Source: an uncultured Gammaproteobacteria bacterium (GTDB lineage Bacteria > Patescibacteriota > Patescibacteriia > SG8-24). Taken from it: DNA of 64,000 nucleotides. The position numbers were made by a program, and so were the translations under genes. The notes beneath the pieces are model-generated. The model did no database searches. It saw nothing but the letters and a program-made list of their open reading frames with translations, and was not told the DNA's origin. This document shows positions 47,359-56,592 of this stretch, piece by piece; the first letter of the stretch is position 1; every line of letters starts with the position of its first letter. The DNA lies in assembly GCA_964626205.1 (NCBI GenBank), contig CAZVED010000001.1, positions 64,961 to 128,960 on the forward strand, read 5' to 3'.

Positions 47359-48206
47359 ACGACAGCGCGGATGGTGATGCCGGCGGGAAGGAGGAATCCG
47401 CGTTCGTTGGATTCCTTGAGTGCGAGCTCGATGTTCTCGGTCTTTGCTTCCGGGAAGACATCGCGGAGCGTCTGCTCGATGACGAGCGCGGGGAATCCCA
47501 TGGAGTAGGCGTTCACGAGGATGCGCGCGCCAGGGTTCACGATCTCCTTGCAGGCGCGGAACAGCGGAAGCAGGTCGCTCTCGAAGCGCCAGACCTCTTT
47601 ATCTGGACCACGTCCGAACGCGGGCGGGTCCATGACGATGACGTCGTATTTGTTGCCGCGACGCACTTCGCGCGCAACGAACTTCGTGACGTCGTCCTCA
47701 ATCCAACGGACCGGCTTCTCGGCGAGTCCGGAAAGCGCAGCGTTGTTCTTGGCGGAGGTGATGGCCGGACGGGAGGCGTCGACGTGCACGACGTCGGCGC
47801 CAGCGGAGAGCATGGCGAGCGTCGCGCCGCCGGTGTAGCCGAAGAGGTTGAGGCCTTTCATGCCCGGCTTCACGTTCGCGCGGAGGAATGCCCAGTTGGC
47901 AGCCTGTTCCGGAAAGAGGCCGGTGTGCTTGAAAGAGAAAAGACGCAGGCCGAAGCGGAGATCCTCCCAACCGACGGTCCAGTCGCCGGAGGGTTCGGCG
48001 CCTTCGACCTTCCAGCCGCCATCGTCGCCGTCCTGCTCGAAGAGCGCGCTCACACGCTTCCATGCCGCGTCAGAAGACGGGGACCACAAGGCTTGCGGTT
48101 CCGGTCGGGAGACGACCACGGAGCCGAAGCGTTCGCATTTCATTTGGTCGCCGGAGTCCAGAAGTTCGTAGTCCTTCCAGACGGCGATGTCGCGGCGGAG
48201 TTCCAT
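47355..48206 (-). CDS. class I SAM-dependent rRNA methyltransferase, RlmI/YccW-like
   Basis: Motif I LNLFGYTGGATLA, DPPAF (DPPxF) catalytic motif, PUA-like N-terminus. ATGA overlap with the RluA-family gene. Confidence 0.7.
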   Translation of the reverse strand: MELRRDIAVWKDYELLDSGDQMKCERFGSVVVSRPEPQALWSPSSDAAWKRVSALFEQDGDDGGWKVEGAEPSGDWTVGWEDLRFGLRLFSFKHTGLFPEQAANWAFLRANVKPGMKGLNLFGYTGGATLAMLSAGADVVHVDASRPAITSAKNNAALSGLAEKPVRWIEDDVTKFVAREVRRGNKYDVIVMDPPAFGRGPDKEVWRFESDLLPLFRACKEIVNPGARILVNAYSMGFPALVIEQTLRDVFPEAKTENIELALKESNERGFLLPAGITIRAVV

Positions 48207-48263
48207 AGGGTGGTGAGCTTAATGACAGCTTAGCATACACGGAACCCCGCCCCTTGTCTAGGC

Positions 48264-48350
48264 GGGAAATAAGCTGGATGCGGGTACCAAATTAAGGCGA
48301 AAGTGGGAAATAAGCGAGAGAGAATAGGCTGGACACTGGTACCAGCTTAA
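48264..48350 (+). repeat. imperfect tandem direct repeat upstream of the GH31 gene
   Basis: gggaaataagc-tggatgcgggtaccaaattaa / gggaaataagc-[gagagagaatagg]-ctggacactggtaccagcttaa. Confidence 0.4.
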
Positions 48351-48431
48351 ATCTTTACAAACCCGCTTATCCGTGCTCAGATTCGCCTGAGCCGAAGGGC
48401 TCAACGGACCTTCCAACGAGGATACGAGACA

Positions 48432-50969
48432 ATGGGAACCAAAGCCTTGCGTAGTCTCTCCGCAGTGGCGCTCATCTGCATGCTTTCCGCATGCAAGAAG
48501 GACCGCGATCCGCCTCCGGATGTTCCGGATGCCGGATCGGTCGAGGAAGTGACGGTGTCCGACGGCGACGTCGGTGCGCGTGTCACGCTCGACCCGTTCA
48601 CGGTGACCGTGTTCGGTCCGGATGGTGACGTGCTCACGACGGCGCCGCAGACCATCGGTCTGGTCGAGCGCGAGACGAAGATCGTCCCGCCGCTCCTGCC
48701 TGGCTTCGAAGGGTTCGATCATGCGGATCGTACGGACCGTTCGCGTCTCGGTACGGGAACGGTGGCACTCATCTCGCATGATGCGGCATCCGTCCGTCTT
48801 CTGACAGCGACCGCTGTCGATACCGATGTGGTTACGATGATAATGGTAATGATCTCCGCGGATGATGGCGTCGTGCGCATCGAAGCGGCGGCCGCAACGT
48901 CTCCGGAGTTTTCACGCTACACCGCCGCGGACATCGCGTTCTCCATCGCGGAGGACGAGAAGTTCGTCGGCATGGGGGAGCGCGAATCGTCCGTGGATCA
49001 TCGCGGTAAGACGCTCTACAACTGGACGGAGGAAGGCGGTATCGGCGGCGGCGAAAGCGCCGTGCCGGGGCCGACGAACCCGTTCCCGAACGGCGAGGGG
49101 ATGACGCACCTTCCGGTGCCGTTCTTCATCTCGTCGGGCGGCTACGGCGCCTGGCTCGACACGACATACCGTTCCGAGTTTGCGTTCGGTTCCGATGTTG
49201 CGGACGAGCTCCGTATCACCACAGACGAACCGCGCATCGCGCTCACGATCGCTCCCGGAACGCCGTCGGAGATCATCCAGCGGTACACCGACGAGGTCGG
49301 ACGTGCGACGTTGCCTGCTCCGTGGGTGTTCGGTCCGCGCAAGCGCATCAATGCCGACAGCATGGTGGACGGCGTTCCGGTTATCGAGGCGCTGCGCGAG
49401 CGGCGCATCCCGATGACGGGCGCGTTCGATGCCATGCATGTTCTTCCGCACGGAGCGCACATCGGCCGTGAGGAGGAGTTGCGCGCATGGAATGTACGCT
49501 TGGAGCAGCTCGGCTACAAAGGCATCGCGTACCTGAACGCGCATGTCTCGACCGAGCGGCCTGGCGGCGCGGGATACCTGGAACACGGTCGCAGTCACGA
49601 CATCTTCGTGAAGAACGCTGACGGCTCCGAGTTTCGGACAGGCATCATCTCCGGGGGGCAGCAGGATGTGGTGACCATCGATCTTTCAAGCCCCAGCGGT
49701 GTCCACTTCTTCGAGGAGGTCATGGCGGAGACGCTCGACCTCGGCTACGACGGATGGATGCTCGACTTCGGCGAATATCTCGCCTACGAGACCGTGCTTG
49801 CTGACGGGCGGACAGGTTGGGAAGCGCATAACGCGTTCCCGCTGCTCATGCAATCCGTCACGAAGCGATACCTGGACGACGTGCGTCCCAACGACCACTT
49901 CTTCTACGTCCGTAGCGGCTACGCGGGAACGCAAGCGTTGGTGCCTATGGTCTGGTCGGGTGACCCGTCTGCGAGCTTCGAGCCCGCGCGCGGCCTCCCG
50001 GCGCAGGTCCGAGCCGGCATCAGCGCTGGCCTCTCCGGTATTCCGTTCTGGGGCTCTGACGGGACAGGGTTCACCTGCCTCTTCGATGGACCGGCGGGCA
50101 AGGATGTTTCCTTGCGGTGGGTCGCCTTCGCGGCGCTTTCACCGGACATGCACGAGCAAGATGCCTGTGCGCGACGCCCGGAAGGCACGCGGAAGTGGAC
50201 CATGTGGGACGACGAGGAATCGACGACGGTCTACGCCGGCTACACCGGTCTTCACACGCGGCTCTTTCCATACATCTACGCCCACGCAAAAGAAGCGACG
50301 AGAAACGGCATGCCGATCATGCGGCACGCGCTGCTCATGCACTCGTCGCTTCCCGATGCCTGGAAGAAACCGCAGGAGGAGTACTACTTCGGCTCGTCGC
50401 TCTATGTCGCCCCAGTGGTGACGCGCGATGCTACGGACCGCACGTTCTGGCTCCCGCCGGGCGAGTGGTTCGACTGGTGGACGCGCGAAGCCGTGAGCGG
50501 AGGACGTATGGTCACTCGCGCGGTGCCGTGGGACGAGATTCCGCTCTATCAGAAGGCGGGCACCATGGTGCCGCTCCTCGACGAAGACGTGCAGACGCTT
50601 GCGACGACGGACAATCCGTCGGTGGTCGACATGGCGGACCGCGCAGACGTCATCGACATGCGTGTCGCGTTGACCGCCGAACGGCCCCTCGCCGGATGGA
50701 CGGACGATGTATCTGCGTTTGATGCGGGCTTCCTCGCTTCGTACCGATCCGACACCGGTCCGCTCACCATCCCGGACGGATTCGCGGAAGTGGACGACGA
50801 GTCCCTGCTCCGTACCTGCGACCGTTGTGCGATGATGGTGACGCTTCCTGACGGGACAGTGCGGTTCCGCGCCAGCTCGTCGGACGGCATCGCGACCGAC
50901 GGCCTCTCGCTGTTGCCTCCGGGCAACGACAAGCCGGCCATCGTGCGCTGGGACGTCCTGGTCCGTTGA
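48432..50969 (+). CDS. glycoside hydrolase family 31 (alpha-glucosidase/alpha-xylosidase-like) lipoprotein
   Basis: Lipobox LSAC. Catalytic nucleophile region YDGWMLDFGEY (WiDMnE-like). YVRSGYAGTQALVPMVWSGDPSAS matches the GH31 block tRS.faGsqRy...W.GD. 845 aa. Confidence 0.75.
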   Translation: MGTKALRSLSAVALICMLSACKKDRDPPPDVPDAGSVEEVTVSDGDVGARVTLDPFTVTVFGPDGDVLTTAPQTIGLVERETKIVPPLLPGFEGFDHADRTDRSRLGTGTVALISHDAASVRLLTATAVDTDVVTMIMVMISADDGVVRIEAAAATSPEFSRYTAADIAFSIAEDEKFVGMGERESSVDHRGKTLYNWTEEGGIGGGESAVPGPTNPFPNGEGMTHLPVPFFISSGGYGAWLDTTYRSEFAFGSDVADELRITTDEPRIALTIAPGTPSEIIQRYTDEVGRATLPAPWVFGPRKRINADSMVDGVPVIEALRERRIPMTGAFDAMHVLPHGAHIGREEELRAWNVRLEQLGYKGIAYLNAHVSTERPGGAGYLEHGRSHDIFVKNADGSEFRTGIISGGQQDVVTIDLSSPSGVHFFEEVMAETLDLGYDGWMLDFGEYLAYETVLADGRTGWEAHNAFPLLMQSVTKRYLDDVRPNDHFFYVRSGYAGTQALVPMVWSGDPSASFEPARGLPAQVRAGISAGLSGIPFWGSDGTGFTCLFDGPAGKDVSLRWVAFAALSPDMHEQDACARRPEGTRKWTMWDDEESTTVYAGYTGLHTRLFPYIYAHAKEATRNGMPIMRHALLMHSSLPDAWKKPQEEYYFGSSLYVAPVVTRDATDRTFWLPPGEWFDWWTREAVSGGRMVTRAVPWDEIPLYQKAGTMVPLLDEDVQTLATTDNPSVVDMADRADVIDMRVALTAERPLAGWTDDVSAFDAGFLASYRSDTGPLTIPDGFAEVDDESLLRTCDRCAMMVTLPDGTVRFRASSSDGIATDGLSLLPPGNDKPAIVRWDVLVR

Positions 50970-50981
50970 TCTTGCTTGATG

Positions 50982-51010
50982 GCCGCCGTGGAAACACGGC
51001 GGCTTTTTGT
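50982..51010 (+). terminator. intrinsic terminator for the GH31 gene
   Basis: ggccgccgtg-gaaaca-cggcggc followed by tttttg. Confidence 0.75.
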
Positions 51011-51019
51011 ATCGATAGA

Positions 51020-51053
51020 AAAACCCCGCCGTTTCTTACGAAGGGCGGGGTTA
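51020..51053 (-). terminator. intrinsic terminator for the HD-domain gene
   Basis: On the minus strand: ccccgcc-cttcgtaagaaac-ggcgggg followed by ttttt. Confidence 0.7.
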
Positions 51054-51056
51054 GAG

Positions 51057-52553
51057 TCAGGCAGAGGTCTTCGCATCGAGCGTCTTCGCCGCGGCGAGGA
51101 TTTCCTTGCGGAAGCTCGCGGCGTCGCAGTGCTTGCTGAGCGGCTTTTCCACGAAGAGGCGCACGGTTGCGAGCTCGTCGTTGCGGAGCGTGCGGATGAT
51201 CGGGGAGGCCTCGATCCAGGACTCGGCGTTGGGTTCGCGCGAGTACTTCCGGTTGGTGTCTACGACCAGCAGCAGTGCGCCGCGGTCGAGGTCCTTTGTC
51301 GCCTTGAGTGGCAGGCGGTCCACGATGAACCGTTTGTCCGGATGCAGGACGGCGAGGGCGTCGCGCAGACGTTCGGCGAATTCGCCGGCTTCCTCGCCTT
51401 CGAATTCGTACACACGCTTCCAGAGGTTCCGGTCGATGATGCGCTGCGCGATGTAGCGCACGCGCTCGTCTTTCGGAAATCCCGGTCGGAGGTGGCCGGC
51501 GAGCAGGCGGAGGAACACATCGTCCGAGAGGCTGATGAATCCCGCGCGAAACGCGTCGAGGTTCTTGGCGTCGAAGAGCGTGATGTCCGCGATGCTTGCG
51601 GCAACCGACATGTCTGCGAACATGAGCTCGGAGGCGCGCAGCGTCTTGTGGTAGTACACCTGCGCGAACATCGTGAAGCGCGAATGGACCGCGTTCTCGA
51701 TAGCGCGCAGGCCGCTTTTACGCCAGCCGAGGCGGTACCGTGCGGCGTCGTCCTCGTCGGTTCGGACGCAGAGGATGGACTTGAGGATCCGGTCCGTATC
51801 CAGGTTGCCGTACGGTTTGCCGAGCGTGTAGCTGTCGCGCACGAGGTAGTCGAGTCGGTCCGCGTCGAGCGGTGCCGACGAGACGATATCTCGGATGAAC
51901 GGGATCCACGGCGCGAGGTGCTTCGGCACGTCCGCTGACGGTTCCGCGTTGAGCAGCACCGACGTAACGACTGCGGGGACCATCGGCTCGTTGCCGAGGT
52001 CGTTCCACAGTGCCGCGAAGAGAATGCACGAGACGGCCTCGTGGCTGATACGTCCGGTTTTGGATTTGAGCAACGCATCGCGGTACGGCGCGATGGCCGC
52101 AAGTCGCGGGTCGTCCAGGAACGCGGCGACGTCCGCGCACGGAGGCGCGAACACCTCGAAGGCGTGCGAGAACGGACCATGACCGAGGTCGTGAACCAAA
52201 GCGCACATGCGTACCAGACGTTGCAGTGGAACACGGATGCGCTGAGGCACCTCGTGGAACCGAACTGCCTGACCGGAGGCGGCCTTACGTGGCTCGTAGA
52301 GCTTGTCCGCGTCGGCACGGGATGCCGTTTCGATGGCGTCGAGCATTCGCTGGGCGGATTCGACGACACCGATGCTGTGCTCCAGGCGGGTGTGGTTCGC
52401 CGAGGGCCAGACGTACATGAGGAGGCCCGTCTGACGGATCCAGCGGAGCCGTTGGAAGTCGGGACTGTCGATGACATCGACTTCCTCGCTCGTGAGCTGG
52501 ATCATGCCATAGAGCTTGTCGTGGACCGAGCGGGGGAATTCGAGGGGGTGCAT
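51057..52553 (-). CDS. HD-domain dNTP triphosphohydrolase (dGTPase/Dgt/SAMHD1-like), 498 aa
   Basis: HD motif MCALVHDLGHGPFSHAFE, N-terminal ...RTRLEHSIGV. Start reassigned to ATG 52553. Confidence 0.75.
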   Translation of the reverse strand: MHPLEFPRSVHDKLYGMIQLTSEEVDVIDSPDFQRLRWIRQTGLLMYVWPSANHTRLEHSIGVVESAQRMLDAIETASRADADKLYEPRKAASGQAVRFHEVPQRIRVPLQRLVRMCALVHDLGHGPFSHAFEVFAPPCADVAAFLDDPRLAAIAPYRDALLKSKTGRISHEAVSCILFAALWNDLGNEPMVPAVVTSVLLNAEPSADVPKHLAPWIPFIRDIVSSAPLDADRLDYLVRDSYTLGKPYGNLDTDRILKSILCVRTDEDDAARYRLGWRKSGLRAIENAVHSRFTMFAQVYYHKTLRASELMFADMSVAASIADITLFDAKNLDAFRAGFISLSDDVFLRLLAGHLRPGFPKDERVRYIAQRIIDRNLWKRVYEFEGEEAGEFAERLRDALAVLHPDKRFIVDRLPLKATKDLDRGALLLVVDTNRKYSREPNAESWIEASPIIRTLRNDELATVRLFVEKPLSKHCDAASFRKEILAAAKTLDAKTSA

Positions 52554-52661
52554 GGTCACCTTGCCTTCTGTGTAGCGAAAGAGCGCAGTCCGAGTATGCT
52601 GCCGTGGTCGTTGAAAGTCAAAAAGACCGCCCATGTCCGAGCGGACAGGGCGGTCTTACGT

Positions 52662-53411
52662 TCAGCCGAGGATGTGGGAGGTGGCGTTGAGGTAGTCGTT
52701 CATGGCAGGGATATCGAGCCGGTCGTCGTCCGTACGGAGGCGACCTTCGGCATCGATGTTGATGAATGGGCAGCATTCCGCGACGGGACGCACGAGCTCG
52801 GATGTCGGTCCAGAGAGTCCACCAGCGACACCGATGCCGAGACGTGGAAAGGTGTGTGCGATGGCACCGGCGAAGTGGAGGGCGAGGTCAGGGTCCATAG
52901 GGACGCCCGTGCCGCCGCTCGCGTCGATGAGGACATCGGTCACGATGCCGTCGTATGTGGCGAGACCATCGATGACGGTACTGATGTCGCCGTTTGTTGC
53001 ATCGGCGAGCGTCTTGCGGCCGAGCTGGAGCACGACGCGCATGCCACGGAGACATACGATGTCTTCGACGGGCGGCCACGCGACGTTCAGCTGCACGCCG
53101 TGCAGGTGCGGACCGCCGAGAGCGACGATGCGCTCGAGCTGCGCACTGAGCGTGCTTGGCTCGTCCGTCGCGTAGTGGATGAGGTTCAGCGCGAAGGGGT
53201 GGTCGTAGAACAGGTTGGCGATGGTGTCGACGTCCGGATACCGATTGGGATACCGATTCTTCTGCCCGGCGAGCGTCTTGGAGCTCGCAAGTACACCGAT
53301 CATGAGCCTTCGTCGCCGTGCCGAGCACGTGCCGCCGAAGGCAATGAGTGCGGACCGTACTTCCGCGACGTTCATGAATCCCGAAACACCGATGTAAGGA
53401 ACGGGTCGCAT
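52662..53411 (-). CDS. hypothetical (beta/alpha)8-barrel-like protein, weak PRAI (TrpF)-like similarity
   Basis: AAGAGGTG Shine-Dalgarno then ATG 53411. VLIDASGGTGVPMDPDLAL resembles the TrpF LLDs..GGtG..fDW block. Identity uncertain. Confidence 0.35.
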   Translation of the reverse strand: MRPVPYIGVSGFMNVAEVRSALIAFGGTCSARRRRLMIGVLASSKTLAGQKNRYPNRYPDVDTIANLFYDHPFALNLIHYATDEPSTLSAQLERIVALGGPHLHGVQLNVAWPPVEDIVCLRGMRVVLQLGRKTLADATNGDISTVIDGLATYDGIVTDVLIDASGGTGVPMDPDLALHFAGAIAHTFPRLGIGVAGGLSGPTSELVRPVAECCPFINIDAEGRLRTDDDRLDIPAMNDYLNATSHILG

Positions 53412-53483
53412 GCACACCTCTTTTCGTGGTTCTCCCGATAGGGAGGCGATGACCGTAGCAGGGCTGTATGGCGCGGTCAATCA

Positions 53484-53519
53484 TAAAAAAGACCCCGGCA
53501 CGTACAGTGCACGGGGTCG
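53484..53519 (-). terminator. intrinsic terminator
   Basis: On the minus strand: gaccccgtgcac-tgtac-gtgccggggtc followed by tttttt. Confidence 0.7.
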
Positions 53520-53524
53520 TGGCA

Positions 53525-53932
53525 TCAGGTGGGTGCGTAGCGAGCGCGCATATCCGCGAGCTCTGCGCGTGCCGCCGTGACACCGGCTTCGCAGCGTTCG
53601 CGGAGATCCTGCGAAAGCGTCTCGTCCGCGAGGAGCTTTTCATACTCCGTCACGACCGACGTGGCGCGGCCGAGGCGGTGCCAGGTACGGACATCCTCCA
53701 TGCTCGCGAACGGCTTCGCGGGGATCTCGCCGAAGCCGAGACCGTCCGCGTGGCCGGAGAAGTAGCCCAGCACGCTGCGGTAGTTGGTCTCCGCGAAGTC
53801 CTGTTTCTTCAGGCCGTTGGTGTCGTACAGATAGAACCGGCACTCGAGGTCTTCGGGGTCAGGAACCTCTTTTTCCGTCTCGCAAACGACCACCATGGAG
53901 TAGTCGCTGGCCACACGAAGCACATGGAACAT
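53525..53932 (-). CDS. hypothetical protein (135 aa)
   Basis: GGAGGAGG Shine-Dalgarno then ATG 53932. Mixed alpha/beta protein with an acidic patch. No motif. Confidence 0.4.
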   Translation of the reverse strand: MFHVLRVASDYSMVVVCETEKEVPDPEDLECRFYLYDTNGLKKQDFAETNYRSVLGYFSGHADGLGFGEIPAKPFASMEDVRTWHRLGRATSVVTEYEKLLADETLSQDLRERCEAGVTAARAELADMRARYAPT

Positions 53933-53993
53933 GAGTCCTCCTCCGTTTTCACGTGCACGGACGCTACCACGAAAAGGCCTTCTTGTCAATGCA

Positions 53994-54030
53994 AAACGCC
54001 CACCCGCGCTATGGCGGATGGGCGTTTTCG
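53994..54030. terminator. bidirectional intrinsic terminator
   Basis: aaaacgcccacccgc-gctatg-gcggatgggcgtttt. Confidence 0.75.
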
Positions 54031-54043
54031 TGGAGTGGGAGCC

Positions 54044-54325
54044 TTAGAGCAAGGCGTCCTTGACCGGCTTCGTGACGCGGAACTTTACGACGGTCTTCGC
54101 GGCGATCTTGATGGTCGCGCCCGTTGCCGGGTTGCGGCCCATGCGCGCCTTGCGGTGGACCTTCACGAGCTTGCCGAGGTCGGCGACCGTGAACTGGCCG
54201 TTCTTCTTGACCTCCTTGACCGCGAGGTCATGGAGTGCCTCGAGGACCGCAGTGACATCCTTTTTGGTGAGCTTGGTCTTATCGGCGAGCGTGGCGATGG
54301 TCTGGGACTTGGACATTTTTGCCAT
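54044..54325 (-). CDS. hup: DNA-binding protein HU (93 aa)
   Basis: MAKMSKSQTIATLADKTKLTKKDVTAVLEAL...GRNPATGATIKIAAKTVVKFRVTK is a canonical HU/IHF fold sequence. Confidence 0.88.
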   Translation of the reverse strand: MAKMSKSQTIATLADKTKLTKKDVTAVLEALHDLAVKEVKKNGQFTVADLGKLVKVHRKARMGRNPATGATIKIAAKTVVKFRVTKPVKDALL

Positions 54326-54407
54326 ACGCGAAGTTAGATGAATGACTACGGGAGGCAGTATAGCGTCAATAGAATAAGAATACGACCTGTGTTTTCCACA
54401 GGTCGTC

Positions 54408-54977
54408 TCAGCGGTTCCGGATGGCGGCGACAATGGCCTCCCGGACCGCTCCCAAGCCGCCTTTTTCGACCGTGGAGCAGGGGAGAACAGTGAGGTGCGG
54501 GTACTCTTTCGTCAGGTCGCGCTGGAGCAGGAGGAGCTCGGACTTGGAGAGCTTGTCTGCCTTATTCGCAACGACAACGAACGGAATCCGAGACTCCAAG
54601 AGGTGGAAGAACATGTCCTTGTCGAGGTCGGTCGGTCCGTGACGCGCATCGATCATCGCAAGGACGAGCGTGAGTGCGTCGGCATTCGCGAGGTAGTCCA
54701 TGACGAGGTCGGTGAGTGCGCCGCGCTTTGCTTTCGGAACTTTCGCGAACCCGTACCCCGGAAGGTCGACAAGGACGTAGCGCTTGTCTACGTCGAAGAG
54801 GTTGATGAGCTGCGTACGGCCCGGCGTCGCGGAAACGTGCGCGAGCTTCTGTCCGCCAGTGAGCGCGTTCACGAGCGAGGACTTACCGACGTTGGAGCGA
54901 CCCACGATGGCGACGTGCGGCTTGTTCTCGGGGAGTTCAGTGACGTCCGTGACGCTTTTGAGGAAGGTGGAGGCCAT
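54408..54977 (-). CDS. engB: ribosome biogenesis GTPase EngB/YsxC
   Basis: G1 GRSNVGKSSL, G3 DLPGYG, G4 NKADK. 189 aa. Confidence 0.85.
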   Translation of the reverse strand: MASTFLKSVTDVTELPENKPHVAIVGRSNVGKSSLVNALTGGQKLAHVSATPGRTQLINLFDVDKRYVLVDLPGYGFAKVPKAKRGALTDLVMDYLANADALTLVLAMIDARHGPTDLDKDMFFHLLESRIPFVVVANKADKLSKSELLLLQRDLTKEYPHLTVLPCSTVEKGGLGAVREAIVAAIRNR

Positions 54978-54978
54978 G

Positions 54979-56505
54979 TCAGCGGATGAGGTTAGTGAGC
55001 GTTTTCTCGTACCAGGTTTTTTTCGCGATGAGGTCTTCCTGTTGTGTGAACCAGTCCTCCCACAGCGGATGTGTCGTGCCAGAAATGTTATTCGTTGGCG
55101 TCACGCCACCGGTGGCATCGTCGTGGATGTACCACGAGAACGGTTTAGTCTCTGCGAGGCGACCTTGTTCCGCGTACCGTTTCGCTGTCATGAGCACGTC
55201 CGGTGAGAGCATGGTCATCTCGTAGAGGCTGATGCGTGATCCTTCCCGTTGTGCGAGTGCGATGTTTGTGCGGAAGATGAGTTGTTCCGTCGGCAGAACG
55301 GCGAGTATGCCGAACATCCAGAGGAAGAGGAGGAACGCGAAGCGGAGCACGTCGGCGCGGACGTGCTTGGTCATGTGAGCAAGGAGCCAGACGAAGAGGA
55401 TGGCGCAATAGAGCACGGCGTACGATGCGAAGAGTTTCTCATAGCTGAGTCCGTACGTCGTCACATAGAGCGCCATGCGGTGACCGGCAGAGACAAGCAG
55501 GAGAAGTGAAGCTGCGGAGAAGGCGAGCAGGATGCGCTGCACTGGAGCAGTCGTGCGACGATAGGTAAGAAACGTGATGACGATGTTGAAAGCAGTTAGG
55601 AAGAGCAGCTGCCAGAAGCCGGATTTCACCACGTGCTCCGTCGTTGCGAAGTCGAAAGGAAGGCTTCCGACCCACAGATGCTGTACCTGGATGCCGAGGA
55701 AAAGGAGGTAGAGGGCAAGCGTTCCGCCAAGCACGATACCGGCGACGATGGAGTCGACAGGTGCATGCGCGTCGTCGCGTTCCGTATAGGAAGACGGCTT
55801 ACACCATTCGACAACGCCGGCGATGGTGACGACGGAGAGGAATAGAGCGACGAGAATCTTCATGACGAGCGTCGTGGAAACGAAGGTGCGGACGAGGTCG
55901 AGGATAGTGTCCACGTGCGCGCCGAACGTCGCATCGGCAGAGGCGAGGAGCGGGATGACGACAGTCGCGGCAATCATGAGGAAGAGCACGGTGCCGAGCA
56001 CGATACGGCGGATGACGGCATGCTCTTTGCGTTCTGCGCGCTCGAGGACGCGGACGTGCAGGGCAGCGGCATTCCACAAGCCGGCGAACATGCCGAGAAC
56101 GCGACTGATAATCGTGAAGACAAGCCGCGCAGTCCAAAGATGCTTGCTGTTCTCAGCGATGAAGGCGTGGACGAGGAAGCCCGCGAAGAGCGGCGGGAGG
56201 ATGAGCAGACTCACCATCTTGAGGAACGGGTTGTCGTAGAGTCCGAAGCCCGCGATGATGAGACCCATCGGGATGATCCAATGGAGTTCTTTGCGGAGGT
56301 TCAAGCCTTTCCCGCGGGCGGACCAGAGGAAGAGCGCGGCGAGACCGCCAAGGTAGAGGAAGGCGTTCAGGCCGAGCGCGTACGGGCCACGGTCCCAGAA
56401 CCCCCAGCACAACAGCACCCAGCCCGTTGAAAGGGCGAGGCTCCAGGCGATGGCAATACGTGTCGTTGGCGGGATGCGGTACTGCGTGTCGGCGTGCGGT
56501 GTCAT
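54979..56505 (-). CDS. large polytopic hypothetical membrane protein (508 aa, ~12 transmembrane helices)
   Basis: Stop lies 1 nt from the engB ATG (translationally coupled). No motif recognised. Confidence 0.5.
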   Translation of the reverse strand: MTPHADTQYRIPPTTRIAIAWSLALSTGWVLLCWGFWDRGPYALGLNAFLYLGGLAALFLWSARGKGLNLRKELHWIIPMGLIIAGFGLYDNPFLKMVSLLILPPLFAGFLVHAFIAENSKHLWTARLVFTIISRVLGMFAGLWNAAALHVRVLERAERKEHAVIRRIVLGTVLFLMIAATVVIPLLASADATFGAHVDTILDLVRTFVSTTLVMKILVALFLSVVTIAGVVEWCKPSSYTERDDAHAPVDSIVAGIVLGGTLALYLLFLGIQVQHLWVGSLPFDFATTEHVVKSGFWQLLFLTAFNIVITFLTYRRTTAPVQRILLAFSAASLLLLVSAGHRMALYVTTYGLSYEKLFASYAVLYCAILFVWLLAHMTKHVRADVLRFAFLLFLWMFGILAVLPTEQLIFRTNIALAQREGSRISLYEMTMLSPDVLMTAKRYAEQGRLAETKPFSWYIHDDATGGVTPTNNISGTTHPLWEDWFTQQEDLIAKKTWYEKTLTNLIR

Positions 56506-56592
56506 GACGGCGTGCGGTCAAAGGTATGCGCGTAGCATAGGCGGAAAACGGTCGCAAGGCAACCTTGTAGGGGTTGAACAGGAAACGTTCTC

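Noticed and set aside
48264-48350. Possible CRISPR array from the gggaaataagc repeats
   Set aside because: Only two imperfect copies with no regular spacer structure and no cas genes nearby.
52662-53411. Calling the TIM-barrel-like protein TrpF (phosphoribosylanthranilate isomerase)
   Set aside because: Only one short block resembles PRAI. No other trp genes in the vicinity. Kept as a hypothetical barrel protein.
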